IMG/VR virus record: IMGVR_UViG_2645727839_000001
Location: 51,469 to 115,468 of that record
Reading direction: 5' to 3' (one strand)
Origin: a virus
Lineage: Duplodnaviria; Caudoviricetes
DNA length: 64,000 bases
In this document: piece after piece, positions 1-10,095 of the stretch
How positions within the stretch are numbered: the stretch's first letter is position 1
Layout: each line of letters opens with the position of its first letter
The notes under the pieces: model-generated
What the model saw: only the letters and a program-made list of their open reading frames with translations
What the model was told of the DNA's origin: nothing
The model's database searches: none
Translations under genes and position numbers: made by a program

Positions 1-107
1 AGATAAAGCGATTGGCCTGTTACCTTCTTGGTATCAGCGTCCACTTCTGCTTTCACAAAACCCCAGTTACTAAGAGATGGGTCCATACCTATGACGGAGA
101 TTTTCAT
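1..107 (-). CDS. RuvC-like Holliday junction resolvase, N-terminal part (runs off window)
   Basis: Manual translation MKISVIGMDPSLSNWGFV; GxDPSLxNWG RuvC-type motif; ATG overlaps stop of upstream ORF. Confidence 0.7.
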   Translation of the reverse strand, partial: MKISVIGMDPSLSNWGFVKAEVDADTKKVTGQSLY

Positions 108-313
108 TCTTCTTCCTCTGTCACCTTATCTAAGGCATCAAGGTATTCTTGAGTGTCATCACCGGATACCAGAATCACAGCGGCAAGAGCCTTATCACCC
201 TCGCCTCGAAATGAAAGAGTCATAGAACCTGCGTTTAACTCTGCCATCTCGTCTGCTACTTCCTTGATGGTCATGTTGCACATCTCATTGGCGTCAATAA
301 ATCTCTTAAGCAT
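104..313 (-). CDS. hypothetical acidic protein
   Basis: 69 aa ORF, translationally coupled in operon. Confidence 0.7.
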   Translation of the reverse strand: MLKRFIDANEMCNMTIKEVADEMAELNAGSMTLSFRGEGDKALAAVILVSGDDTQEYLDALDKVTEEEE

Positions 314-762
314 TACCAGCTCCCAAATTTTTCATTAGATATGTAAGGTGTGTCGTCGGCAGGTACGTCATACATATCTGCATTAGTTACTTCACGGTCA
401 GTTGCTTCGCCTACATCACGCATAAGCTTTGCAAAGTCACCTGATGCTAATCGGTCACCAAGTAGCGTCATTTTTGCCTCAATGAACTCGACATCATTCA
501 TGGAAGCCGGCACTGGCATTTCGTTGTAGTCAGGTTTCAGAACGACAATGAGTTCGTCGGTCTTTTTAGAGCGGTAAGCATCGTAAACAAACAGAGGAAC
601 GGAGTTGTCCACCAGCTTGTTTCGATATTGTCCGTCATAACGTTTAACGATTATCTTGAGTGGCATAGATAGGCGCACTCGAAGACGATCTTCATCTGGA
701 ACTTCTTTGATGTACTGCCTAATCAATCCGTAGGCTTTTAAATCATGACCAGGAGTCGCCAT
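313..762 (-). CDS. hypothetical phage protein (C-terminal FGSW)
   Basis: ORF track 313..783; ATG at 762 preferred; coupled with neighbours. Confidence 0.7.
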   Translation of the reverse strand: MATPGHDLKAYGLIRQYIKEVPDEDRLRVRLSMPLKIIVKRYDGQYRNKLVDNSVPLFVYDAYRSKKTDELIVVLKPDYNEMPVPASMNDVEFIEAKMTLLGDRLASGDFAKLMRDVGEATDREVTNADMYDVPADDTPYISNEKFGSW

Positions 763-1303
763 CTTCCATCCCCACTTGAGCAATTTCTTCTAACTCGGCA
801 TCTGCTTCACGCAAACCAGCCGCTTGCTTAAGAATGGTCATCAGCGACTCACTCTTTGATACCACCTGATCCATTGGGATATTGAAGTGCAGTCCCTCTG
901 GACCCTCGCCTAGACATAGTTGGAATATCAAGCCGTCTTTAGGGTTGCGAACGAATTCTAATAGGTGGAATTCGGTGCCACGTTCGATTTCAACTTTCTT
1001 AGGTTCTTCGGTGCTATTCACATAGCCGTCCCATTCAACGTCTTCATCGATAAAGACAGGTAGTGAGTCTTTGTTGCGATCAACAATCTCATCTACGGCA
1101 ATAGCTAGGTCTTCTAGAGTCTCGTAGCGGTACTTAATGAGGCGACGATACAGTTCTTGAAGCTTATCGAGACGGTGGTGGTCTAGATCAATAAGCTGAC
1201 TTGTTAGGTCTACGGGTAGCTCTACAAATTCCTTTACGAAAGCAGAGTTTTTGGTTTCTTCGATGCTCTGTTTGATAACGGACATCATCATATTGTTACT
1301 CAT
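743..1303 (-). CDS. hypothetical phage protein
   Basis: 186 aa ORF, AGGA RBS, preceded by operator palindrome. Confidence 0.75.
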   Translation of the reverse strand: MSNNMMMSVIKQSIEETKNSAFVKEFVELPVDLTSQLIDLDHHRLDKLQELYRRLIKYRYETLEDLAIAVDEIVDRNKDSLPVFIDEDVEWDGYVNSTEEPKKVEIERGTEFHLLEFVRNPKDGLIFQLCLGEGPEGLHFNIPMDQVVSKSESLMTILKQAAGLREADAELEEIAQVGMEDGDSWS

Positions 1304-1324
1304 ATTTATCCTATTTCCATAACC

Positions 1325-1352
1325 TAGAGTAAGTCACTAGTGACTTACTCTA
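1325..1352. promoter_or_regulatory. perfect 28-bp palindrome containing the 16-bp operator core
   Basis: TAGAGTAAGTCACTAGTGACTTACTCTA is its own reverse complement. Confidence 0.8.
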
Positions 1353-1377
1353 TCACTTAAGAAGAGGCAGTGAAACA

Positions 1378-3318
1378 TCAGGACAATGCATGTCCCTCAA
1401 TTCGTGATAACCCACCCTCTTTAACAATGGTCACACTGTTTGAAATCCAAGACTTCAAATCGGTGTGAGAGATGACAATTGCTGTACCTCGCTCTTTAGC
1501 CTTTTCAGTCAAGATAGACATCAAACGCTCAAGACCAGATTTGTCGATAGCCTGATCGATTTCATCTGCGATTAACAGTTCAATTGGTTTTGATGCTCGA
1601 CTCGATACCAAGTCTTGCAGTGCCAGATAAGTCGCTAAACGTACCTTACGCTTTTCACCACCTGACAGTGACTTGAATGACTTACCGCCAGTCAGTGATT
1701 CTACCGCAATTGAGAACTTCTCTTTCAAAGAGCCTTTTGAATCTTTAGCCAGAGTTGTCCATACAGCAGTAATGTTGCCGTCCGACATAATAGACAGGTA
1801 GTGAGAAGTTCGATCATTTAGATATGGGGTTACTTGATCAAGTAGATGAGCGCGAACACCTGCCGGACTAAACACTTTCGCTGTGCCTTCTGCCACTAAC
1901 AAGTCATATTCAGCCTCTTCAACTTTTTTCACGGCTTCTAACCGTTCTGCAGCCAGCTCATCTTTCTGTTTCTCAAACTTGGCCACCATACTCGTATGAG
2001 GATTTTTCATCGCCTTTGTATCTTTCAACAGTCCGGCGCGAGTCTTTAGTTTGTCTTTGAGTTTCGTTGCTTCTGTACTAGCAATGGTTAGCTCATTCTT
2101 GCGCTCTGATAGCTTGCTGAGAGCGTTTTTATATTTCGTTGTGTCGAAACTAGAGCTATCAATTCCCTCTAGCTCAGAACGCAATTCACGCACGATTTTA
2201 GCTTGAGCCGCAATGATACGTTTTTGCTCAATCATTTTATCAGTGGCTTCTTTGACTTTGCGAGAGTGAGCCTTGATGTGGTTCTTGCGAGCATCAGGAT
2301 CATCGATATCTTGTCCACACTCATCACAAGACGGTGACTCTGCGCTACTAACCTCTGTAAGCTTAGCGTTTGCCGATTTCAATTCAGCTTCTAGGGTATC
2401 TAAAAGACCTTTTTCTCTTCGCAGTGAGCTGGTGGAGCTTTTGAGTTCACCGTCTTTAACTCGGTGGTCGGCTGCTTTTTCGTTTGTAAGCTCAATAGCC
2501 TTCTCGAGCTTCGCAATCTTGCCATCAATCTCTTTGATTTCTGCTGATACATCCTTATCCTCCGCACTCGATAGCTTTTTCTTCAAAGCTATCACCTCAG
2601 TAGTGAGAGTTTTCAGGGATTCGGCTTGCTCAACTTCCCATTTTTCAACTTGAGCCTTAACTGATTCAATATTTGAATCAACCATTGTAGTTTTCGAGTC
2701 GATACCGCTAACAACGCCATTGGCCTCCGACACCACGCCTTTAGCTTTGGACGCCTTTTTGGTTGCAATTGTGTAGCCTCGTTGAAGACGATCAATGCCT
2801 GCGGCCTCTTCAACGATCACTTTAAGTGCTTTGTCGGTCATAGCTGGCAAATCTACTAAGTTCTCCTGACCTGCATAGATAGCAGCGCAGAATACATCCT
2901 TAGAACAACCGACCAACTTAGATACAGCCTCTTGAGTGAGCTTATCTGTGCCTAGAGTTTTATCAACCCATGCCCCCTCTTCGCTCTTTTCGAGCATAAG
3001 ACGGTTCTTATTCTCTTTGTGTTTACGGTGACGAGAGATACGCCATTGGATATCTGCATCTTCAATTAAGATAGATACGCGACATCCTTTACCTGCGGTT
3101 TTATTCACTACGTCGTCACCGGACTCACCTCGAGCCGTGATGCCATAAATCGCCCACGATAGACTATCTGCTATCGTAGACTTACCTGCGCCATTACTAT
3201 CTTGAGATGTATCATCTCGGTTCTCACCTTGAAGAAGAACAAGACCACGCTCGTTCAACTTCAACTCTGCTTCCCCTATGGCGAGAAAGTTATTAATTTG
3301 GGCTTCTAGTATTTTCAT
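1378..3318 (-). CDS. sbcC: SbcC/Rad50/gp46-like SMC ATPase
   Basis: Walker A NGAGKST, coiled coil with CxxC hook, LSGGE signature, Walker B IADE. Confidence 0.95.
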   Translation of the reverse strand: MKILEAQINNFLAIGEAELKLNERGLVLLQGENRDDTSQDSNGAGKSTIADSLSWAIYGITARGESGDDVVNKTAGKGCRVSILIEDADIQWRISRHRKHKENKNRLMLEKSEEGAWVDKTLGTDKLTQEAVSKLVGCSKDVFCAAIYAGQENLVDLPAMTDKALKVIVEEAAGIDRLQRGYTIATKKASKAKGVVSEANGVVSGIDSKTTMVDSNIESVKAQVEKWEVEQAESLKTLTTEVIALKKKLSSAEDKDVSAEIKEIDGKIAKLEKAIELTNEKAADHRVKDGELKSSTSSLRREKGLLDTLEAELKSANAKLTEVSSAESPSCDECGQDIDDPDARKNHIKAHSRKVKEATDKMIEQKRIIAAQAKIVRELRSELEGIDSSSFDTTKYKNALSKLSERKNELTIASTEATKLKDKLKTRAGLLKDTKAMKNPHTSMVAKFEKQKDELAAERLEAVKKVEEAEYDLLVAEGTAKVFSPAGVRAHLLDQVTPYLNDRTSHYLSIMSDGNITAVWTTLAKDSKGSLKEKFSIAVESLTGGKSFKSLSGGEKRKVRLATYLALQDLVSSRASKPIELLIADEIDQAIDKSGLERLMSILTEKAKERGTAIVISHTDLKSWISNSVTIVKEGGLSRIEGHALS

Positions 3319-3650
3319 TGTTTCTCTTCGGAATTAGGTATGTGGTAGATAAACTCTTGCAACTCGGGGTGTTCAAACAGTTCAGTAGGCGATTCAAAGC
3401 CTGCCCAAGCTACGTCTCTTGGTTTGCCATCGGTTAGGTCTAGCAGTCTGTTGTTATCTATATATCCGATACCAATCTCTTGACCTAACGTGTAAGCCCC
3501 ATGCTCTACCATCAATAAATGATCAATTGCGTGATAACTGCTCCAACCCTCTTCGCTATCAACACCTTGAATTAGATAAATAGCACCGGATTCATGCGCT
3601 TCTTTTGCACTCTTGTAGTGCTCGGATCGGTAAGTGAAAATCTCAGTCAT
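3315..3650 (-). CDS. hypothetical protein
   Basis: ORF coupled between neighbours; ATG at 3650 preferred. Confidence 0.65.
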   Translation of the reverse strand: MTEIFTYRSEHYKSAKEAHESGAIYLIQGVDSEEGWSSYHAIDHLLMVEHGAYTLGQEIGIGYIDNNRLLDLTDGKPRDVAWAGFESPTELFEHPELQEFIYHIPNSEEKQ

Positions 3651-3993
3651 TGTTTGGATCTCCACAGCTCATGTAGGCTTCAATCTTCTTAACTGCCGCC
3701 TCTGGATTTATTCCTTCGAAATCTAATCCGTCTGGTGCAACGATACGAACATCGCCAAACCCGATATCACATTCGATAGCGAGAGTTACGCCATTCGACT
3801 TACACTTAGCTGTCATGCGAGGTGATATAACGATGCAGTTCTCACGGTAACTAAACAGCTTGCAATATAAGGGGTGGTCTCTTTCTAGTTGACGAAACGA
3901 ACCATTCGATAACGTCTCAAACTCCCAACTTTTTCGACCTAATAACTTTCTAACGCGACCTAAATTCGCTCTCATTTCGGTTAGAGTAGACAT
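3643..3993 (-). CDS. hypothetical protein
   Basis: 116 aa ORF, start overlaps sbcD stop. Confidence 0.7.
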   Translation of the reverse strand: MSTLTEMRANLGRVRKLLGRKSWEFETLSNGSFRQLERDHPLYCKLFSYRENCIVISPRMTAKCKSNGVTLAIECDIGFGDVRIVAPDGLDFEGINPEAAVKKIEAYMSCGDPNND

Positions 3994-5072
3994 TAAGCTT
4001 CTTCCTCAACCTCTCGTAAAATTGACTCGCAAGATATCTCCACATCTTCCTGCTTCACGTCGAGCTTTTGCTTTGAAAGCCATTCCGAGATGCTTTTGTT
4101 GATCGACTCACCTGCTTCAATCGTTGCCCCACCCTCACGTTCGGCTACTTTGCCTTTGGGTTGAGCCTGAATGAGAACACCTTCTGCTTTGCACTCGTCT
4201 ACCAACCAAGAACGCATCTTCTCAATCTGACTTTGAGTTGCAGTGCCAAGACGAACACGGACGTAATGACCCTCGCAGAAATCTTTCGCCTCTTCTTCTG
4301 TCGTAATCACCGCAGAATCGTAATCACGAAACTCTGGCGCAGTACTTCGAATATGGATAATTTCATCGAGATCGTTAATCATCAGATAACCGGCAACCGA
4401 ATCGATATCACCCCACGTTTGATGCGTTGTAGCACCTACAGAACAAACCGTTTCTGTTAGTTCCTTATGGTTGTGATAGTGACCTGAGAACACACGATTA
4501 AAGCCAAACTTATCTAATGCTTCTGCTGTGATACCGTGAGATGGCAAACCCTCGATAACTCCATCTACCGGAGCATGAATCATCAACGTGTAGTTGGCAG
4601 TTTGTTCACCTAGATCTTCTGCTACTCGACCAATCTCATCTAAGTAGTCCTTTGCCTTGTTGTGCCAGGGAATCATCACCACCTGATCGTCAGGGAAGAA
4701 CTGAGTTTCTGAAACAACCGTTACGCCTTTGATAGTACGTAGAGACTCAATACCATTACTGATTGCACTTGAATCATTGGTTTCTAAATCGTGGTTGCCA
4801 GCTAGGAAGCGAATTTCAACTCCCATATCGCTGATTTCGGTAAACGCATCAATCGTTGGATATAGAACTGATGGTGCAATAGAGCCTCGAACGTGAAACA
4901 AATCGCCAGCGTGATACAAACGAGTGCCACCGTTTTCTTTCACAGACGTAGCCGCAGCCTTTAGTTCGCGTAGGATTTCAATCAATCGACTGTTTAAGCC
5001 ACCTACGTCTTTAGAGAAAGCTCCCCAATTGTGCAGATGACTATCTGAGGCGATGCCGTACTTTATTTTCAT
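3993..5072 (-). CDS. sbcD: SbcD/Mre11/gp47-like metallophosphoesterase nuclease
   Basis: DSH, GDLFH, GNHD, GHYH motifs; near sbcC. Confidence 0.95.
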   Translation of the reverse strand: MKIKYGIASDSHLHNWGAFSKDVGGLNSRLIEILRELKAAATSVKENGGTRLYHAGDLFHVRGSIAPSVLYPTIDAFTEISDMGVEIRFLAGNHDLETNDSSAISNGIESLRTIKGVTVVSETQFFPDDQVVMIPWHNKAKDYLDEIGRVAEDLGEQTANYTLMIHAPVDGVIEGLPSHGITAEALDKFGFNRVFSGHYHNHKELTETVCSVGATTHQTWGDIDSVAGYLMINDLDEIIHIRSTAPEFRDYDSAVITTEEEAKDFCEGHYVRVRLGTATQSQIEKMRSWLVDECKAEGVLIQAQPKGKVAEREGGATIEAGESINKSISEWLSKQKLDVKQEDVEISCESILREVEEEA

Positions 5073-5099
5073 TTTGACCTCTTTGTGATTCTCTTACAT

Positions 5100-5115
5100 A
5101 AGTAAGCAGTGACTT
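5100..5115. promoter_or_regulatory. 16-bp operator-like site upstream of sbcD
   Basis: AAGTAAGCAGTGACTT. Confidence 0.65.
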
Positions 5116-5140
5116 AATAATATACTTAGGAATAAGGTGT

Positions 5141-5914
5141 TTAAAGAGCAATTGGAAATGAGGGCTGCTGTGGCGTCATGTTTTGCCAATGTTGCTGCTG
5201 CTGACTCACAATTTGGTGAAGTAAGGATGTTCTTTCTTCCAAAGAAAGCGGTTTTCTGTCTTTGTGCTCGGCAAAAACAATCGTCTCGTACTCTTCTAGT
5301 GTCAGAGCGTCACCGTGTATGATACATAGACGACCAAGTGACAGTTGATGAATGACGAGATTACAAAGAATTTGTGCCCCACACATACGCGCACAGAGAC
5401 GATCTTTATCTACACCGTGTATCGATACGTAATGAAGTAAGTCAGGTTTATTTAACCAAACCTCTCGAATGGCAGACATAAGCATTGCACCTGCACCGCA
5501 GCAAGGTTCACCTATGCCAAAGTCTTCGTTCTTAGTGGCTCTTTCTTCTAGTTGATCCCAACAATCATGCATTGTCATTTGGCACATGAGTTGAGTAACG
5601 CTATCCGGTGTGAAGAATTGACCTAGAGCCTTTTTATGACCTCGAGAGGCGAGCTCCATATAAATGGGACCCAAGATGTCAGCAAATGGGTAAGCTTGAA
5701 CGGCAGAGCCATAAGTCTTAGTAGCCTCAAACAGAACTTCACGTTCTTTTTCAGATAGTGGCGCAGGATGTTTCTGACCGAACTCGCAAAAGAGATCGTC
5801 TACTAACATCTCCATTGGGTTACGTGTTGAAGTGGTGTAAAGCTTCTCGAGTAAAGAGGTGATTTTGGATACGTATGTTTCTTTACTTGAGTATAGAATT
5901 TTTGCCTCTGACAT
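5141..5914 (-). CDS. N6-adenine DNA methyltransferase-like protein (HsdM-like N-terminal half)
   Basis: GQFFTP and EPCCGAGAM motifs; no NPP(Y/F) motif IV seen. Confidence 0.75.
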   Translation of the reverse strand: MSEAKILYSSKETYVSKITSLLEKLYTTSTRNPMEMLVDDLFCEFGQKHPAPLSEKEREVLFEATKTYGSAVQAYPFADILGPIYMELASRGHKKALGQFFTPDSVTQLMCQMTMHDCWDQLEERATKNEDFGIGEPCCGAGAMLMSAIREVWLNKPDLLHYVSIHGVDKDRLCARMCGAQILCNLVIHQLSLGRLCIIHGDALTLEEYETIVFAEHKDRKPLSLEERTSLLHQIVSQQQQHWQNMTPQQPSFPIAL

Positions 5915-6134
5915 AATCGTTTGCTCTCTAACTAAACTAACGTTATTTTAAAAGTCAGAGCTAGGCGATTAAATCTAGGCAGAAAGAAAAGCCATCCTTA
6001 GCTGTAGGGTTCCTTTCTCGTTATTTTGCTTGATCTTGCGGACAAAGTGCTAAAACCAAACAGGCCCAATTGTACTGTTTGTGGTCAATTGTCCATTAGA
6101 AATTTAGCTCTTGTGTGACCCAGCAAGGCTAACT

Positions 6135-6647
6135 CTATGATTCAATGCATCTACGTAGGTTAATGACAGAGAGAATGTCGTTAGACCTTACGAACATACC
6201 GCCGTAACACCTAACTAGGATGTCATATAACTCTTGAGGCGTAGAATCTTTGCCAATCAGCATATGATTGTGGGAGCTATGCTTGTTTAGCATCTCAGTC
6301 ATATCGCCACTTTCAGAGCTTTCAACAATGGCATGGCCAATTACCTCCATCTCTTTAGACAACAAAGCAACTTTCTGACCCTCGTATACTCTTTTCGACC
6401 ATGCAGCGCCTAAACGAACGGTGTTAAACCTATCATCTAGCCCCAAATAAGGCGGTCTGAATAGAATTGGTAATACGTAGTTATCGCAAGCGTAGATTCT
6501 CGCTTGAGTACCATACTTTCTAATTGCTCTCTGAATGGACTGTCTAGCCTTGCAGTTAGACTCGACCACGCACATCTCGCACAATTCTCTGGTTTTCGCA
6601 CTAAAGGTTGTACCCTCTAGCTTTAACGATCTTAAGTTTAAGTCCAT
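6135..6647 (-). CDS. hypothetical protein, possible ASCH/PUA-like domain
   Basis: 170 aa ORF; FNTVRLG..W..RV..G..V motif; N-terminal CxxC. Confidence 0.55.
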   Translation of the reverse strand: MDLNLRSLKLEGTTFSAKTRELCEMCVVESNCKARQSIQRAIRKYGTQARIYACDNYVLPILFRPPYLGLDDRFNTVRLGAAWSKRVYEGQKVALLSKEMEVIGHAIVESSESGDMTEMLNKHSSHNHMLIGKDSTPQELYDILVRCYGGMFVRSNDILSVINLRRCIES

Positions 6648-6650
6648 ACC

Positions 6651-6672
6651 AAAAAGGGGCTTACGCCCCTCT
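6651..6672 (-). terminator. intrinsic terminator after recA
   Basis: AGGGGC-GTAA-GCCCCT followed by T-run on minus strand. Confidence 0.7.
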
Positions 6673-6673
6673 C

Positions 6674-7678
6674 CTATTCTTCATCTACCATTAAGCCTTC
6701 AATCTGCTCCCAAACAGTCGGCTCACGTAAAGCCAGTGCTCGTAGTTGATTGCGACGATACTTTTTGCCGTCCCACAAAATGTATCCCTTACTTGGTTGC
6801 TCGAGTAAGCCAATCTCAAGTAAGTGATCGATTGAAGAACCAATAACGTCGAACTTACCAGAGCCGTCCGGCATATAAAGGAAGTCCCATTCTACTTTCT
6901 TAAATGGCGCACTTACTTTGTTCTTCACACACTCTGCGGTAACTCGTTGACCGATTTTCTCTTTCTTGTCTGAGCCTGTAATTTGGCTACGAGTAAGCTT
7001 GATACGAACCGATGCGTAGAATCGAGGTGCGTTACCACCGGGTGAAGAGGTTTTATCGCCATACACGACACCAATCTTTTCTCGAATCTGGTTTAAGAAG
7101 ATGGCAAGCATGTTGTTCTCTTCGCAGATTTGAGCCAAAGCAGGGAAACTCGCTGACGTACAACGAGCTAAAGCCGTGTTGTCGTTCATGTTGAAGTCTT
7201 CAGCATCTTTATCTAGCTTCTGCATTGGCACCATGCCAGCTAGTGAGTCGAAAACGATAACAATAGGCGCGTCTTTCTCAATGAACTTGTTCTCTCGAAT
7301 GGCATAGGCAATCTTCTTTGCGTTATCCATCGACTGTTCAAAGGTTCGAGGCGTCTTAAACACCCATCGGTTAGGGTCAGTTTCTAAGCCTAGTTTCTTT
7401 GCAAGCCTTACATCAAACGAACGTTCGTGATCCATAAAGCAAGCAATGCCACCAGCCTTTTGCGCTGACACCATAATCTGAGTAGCGATTGCTGTTTTAC
7501 CGCAACTCTCACCACCAAATATCTCAATGATTCTCGAACATGGAGCACCACCATCGTATTTACTCGAGATGGCTTTGTTGAGTGGCTTAAAGCCGGTATC
7601 CAACCAAACGGACACTTGTTGATGCTCGTCGTTGCCGCCAATGGCAGACTGCAAAGCATCAGCTAACGATTTAGCCAT
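6674..7678 (-). CDS. recA: RecA/UvsX-like recombinase
   Basis: GGESCGKT Walker A, IVFDSLA Walker B, NQIREKIGV, PGGNA..FYAS motifs. Confidence 0.95.
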   Translation of the reverse strand: MAKSLADALQSAIGGNDEHQQVSVWLDTGFKPLNKAISSKYDGGAPCSRIIEIFGGESCGKTAIATQIMVSAQKAGGIACFMDHERSFDVRLAKKLGLETDPNRWVFKTPRTFEQSMDNAKKIAYAIRENKFIEKDAPIVIVFDSLAGMVPMQKLDKDAEDFNMNDNTALARCTSASFPALAQICEENNMLAIFLNQIREKIGVVYGDKTSSPGGNAPRFYASVRIKLTRSQITGSDKKEKIGQRVTAECVKNKVSAPFKKVEWDFLYMPDGSGKFDVIGSSIDHLLEIGLLEQPSKGYILWDGKKYRRNQLRALALREPTVWEQIEGLMVDEE

Positions 7679-7687
7679 GTAATCACC

Positions 7688-8620
7688 TTAGAATAATGAG
7701 TCCCACATTGAGATCTCTTTTAGAATGGTTTTGAACTGACGGTCTTCGCAGAACTCACGGAACTTAGCCGCATCACGATGACCTTTAGTAATGTTCATAT
7801 CGCCTTTTGATGGCTTCGGGCCATCTCGTAAGTCCATCAAGCGATAGTTGAGGTTGAATGCATCAATAAGAGACTTGTCACCGCACATAGCATTGATCTT
7901 GTTACGTGCTCGGTTAAGTGTCGCATTGGCAAAACAACCTTTTTGAAACTCACCGTTTTCGTCATATTTGCGGCATAACTCAGCTACGCCACCTTCGTCA
8001 GTGACAATCGCCAACGCAGTCTTTTCACCAATGCCAGGAATACCACCGATGTTGTCAGACTTGTCTCCCTTGAGAGCCTTAACTTCAATGAAGTCCTGCC
8101 AATCTCGGCAACCTGTGAACTCTTCGAAAGTATCGATAGTGACGGTGCGATTATTGATAGGGTCTACCCACTGGCTGTCTTCTGTTACCAGTTGTAGCCA
8201 ATCTTGGTCTGCGGTTAGAAAGTCAATCTTGAAGCCTTTCTTGATGAGTCGTTCACCAAGAACCCAAGCTAAGTCGTCAGCTTCAAAACCAGTAGCTTTT
8301 AACTGGTCTATACCGAGATAGAACAGAGCGCGAATGATTTGAGGGCGTTGAACCTTGAACTCTTTTCGCATCTGCTTAAGTTCGTCGGTGCTTTCTCGAT
8401 TTGCTTTGTAGTCTGGGAATTCTATCGAACGCCAATCTTTAGGGCTGTCCCATAGAATGATTATTTTGGAGCGTGGATTGTTCTCTCGAATGTTCTTGAT
8501 GGTACGTAACATTCCAAAGATTGCTTGAACTGGTTGCCCGTCACCAGTTTTAAGTGGGCGAGAGTTTTGGGCTGCATAGCCCAAGCTGTTGCCGTCAACG
8601 ACAATTGCGTGTTTAGCCAT
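7688..8620 (-). CDS. 5'-3' exonuclease / flap endonuclease (PolA-N / T4 RNase H type)
   Basis: VDGNS, YKANR, EADD, DQDWLQL, GDKSDNIGGIPGIGEKTA motifs. Confidence 0.95.
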   Translation of the reverse strand: MAKHAIVVDGNSLGYAAQNSRPLKTGDGQPVQAIFGMLRTIKNIRENNPRSKIIILWDSPKDWRSIEFPDYKANRESTDELKQMRKEFKVQRPQIIRALFYLGIDQLKATGFEADDLAWVLGERLIKKGFKIDFLTADQDWLQLVTEDSQWVDPINNRTVTIDTFEEFTGCRDWQDFIEVKALKGDKSDNIGGIPGIGEKTALAIVTDEGGVAELCRKYDENGEFQKGCFANATLNRARNKINAMCGDKSLIDAFNLNYRLMDLRDGPKPSKGDMNITKGHRDAAKFREFCEDRQFKTILKEISMWDSLF

Positions 8621-8637
8621 TTTTCACCTCAAAGAAT

Positions 8638-8658
8638 AAAGGGGCTCAACGCCCCTTT
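8638..8658 (-). terminator. intrinsic terminator after SSB gene
   Basis: AAAGGGGC-TCAAC-GCCCCTTT hairpin. Confidence 0.6.
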
Positions 8659-8670
8659 CTCAACTAGACA

Positions 8671-9546
8671 TTAACCGTCTAAGTCAGCCAGTAACTCATC
8701 TAGCTCGTCCTCGTTGATATCATCTTCGATTGGAGCTTCTTTCATTTCTGGTACTTCTTCGAAGTCAGCATCTACCGCGTCGTCTTTCAACTCTTCGGCA
8801 ATTGATTTGGACAGTGACTTGTCTTCTATAGCACCCATCTCACCTGCACCTGCTGTCGCTGGCGAAGATTTTGGAGCCATCAAAAGACCTGCTGCTGAAC
8901 CAACGGCTGTTAGTGCTTTGTGCAGACCTGATTCATTTTCTTGCGACACGTATTCGTCTAGGTTAAGAGCTTTACCTAGTACCTCTTTCGGTACAGATTC
9001 ACTCTTAGCTGCCGGAATAACCGTGTACTTGGTATCGTTACGACCACTACCCTCTCGGCTAATCGTCAAATCAACACCTTCTTTCAAGTCTGTGATGTCA
9101 CCGTATTCAGCAATGATTTCACAAATTGATTCGAAGATACCGATACCTGCTGCGATAAGAACAGGTTCCTTGTTATTTGCATCGCCACGAACGATTGCAT
9201 TCATTAGATACTGTTGACCAGAGTTAGCATCTTTCAGTAGTTCAATGGTTTCATCGTCGTGAGCACTCTTGATCCCCATGCCGATTGCTTTACAGATTTC
9301 ACAATCTTGACCAAACGTCTTCTCAGTACAAACGTAAACCGCTTCTGTTTCGCCTTTGTCGTTCTTGATGTAGTGAGAACCAAAGTCATGAAAGAACTGA
9401 GGGTCGTCACCAAGACGCCAAGATGGAAGAAGACGAATCTTTGTTTTACCGATAGGAAACTTAAAAGGACGTGCGCGACCTTTTTTGGCTTGAATTTCTT
9501 TCTGCTTCTTAGCAACAAGATCCATGATGGTTAGTGCTTTAGACAT
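8671..9546 (-). CDS. gp32-like single-stranded DNA binding protein
   Basis: KIRLLP, H..C..CxxC Zn ligands, acidic tail ending LDELLADLDG; located beside exonuclease and recA. Confidence 0.8.
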   Translation of the reverse strand: MSKALTIMDLVAKKQKEIQAKKGRARPFKFPIGKTKIRLLPSWRLGDDPQFFHDFGSHYIKNDKGETEAVYVCTEKTFGQDCEICKAIGMGIKSAHDDETIELLKDANSGQQYLMNAIVRGDANNKEPVLIAAGIGIFESICEIIAEYGDITDLKEGVDLTISREGSGRNDTKYTVIPAAKSESVPKEVLGKALNLDEYVSQENESGLHKALTAVGSAAGLLMAPKSSPATAGAGEMGAIEDKSLSKSIAEELKDDAVDADFEEVPEMKEAPIEDDINEDELDELLADLDG

Positions 9547-9619
9547 ACGTGTTTTCCTGTGTAAATTAAATTAATAGGGTCAAGACTTAACGACCACGTT
9601 CAGGCACTGAGTATAAGGT

Positions 9620-9635
9620 AAGTCACTAGTGACTG
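9620..9635. promoter_or_regulatory. 16-bp operator-like site at SSB promoter
   Basis: AAGTCACTAGTGACTG next to minus-strand TATACT. Confidence 0.7.
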
Positions 9636-9732
9636 AACAGTGTTAATTTTACGAAACTGAGACAGGTGAAACAAATAGGGATTTAAGAAAAACCAGAAAG
9701 GAAAGCCCCTCTTTTGAGGGGCTGGGGGTTAG

Positions 9733-10095
9733 CTATTCCGGTGCAGTCATGTCGGATAAAGCAGAAGACGTATTGGAGCCTACCTCTTCTGCATAGCTAT
9801 TCGTTGCCTTGCGAGTTTTGGCGATCTCATCAAGGATGTTGTTTGGGTTGTGAGGGCTGTATGGATTGGTTGGGTCCATAAGTTGCTCTGCACTTGTTAG
9901 TCGCCTTTTTGGCGGCTCACTATAAGAATTCAAAGATGGTATTTGAAAATCTCGTTTTTTCCTATTTGTTACATTCAACATATTAAGTCTGGTTTCGTTA
10001 TGGCGTTTACGTTCTGTTAGCCAAGCAATGCAAAAGAATATATCCAAACCAAGCGTGACAAAGAGCCAGAATGAAAGACCACCTAAAAGTTCCAT
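9733..10095 (-). CDS. membrane-anchored hypothetical protein
   Basis: N-terminal hydrophobic helix, 120 aa. Confidence 0.65.
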   Translation of the reverse strand: MELLGGLSFWLFVTLGLDIFFCIAWLTERKRHNETRLNMLNVTNRKKRDFQIPSLNSYSEPPKRRLTSAEQLMDPTNPYSPHNPNNILDEIAKTRKATNSYAEEVGSNTSSALSDMTAPE

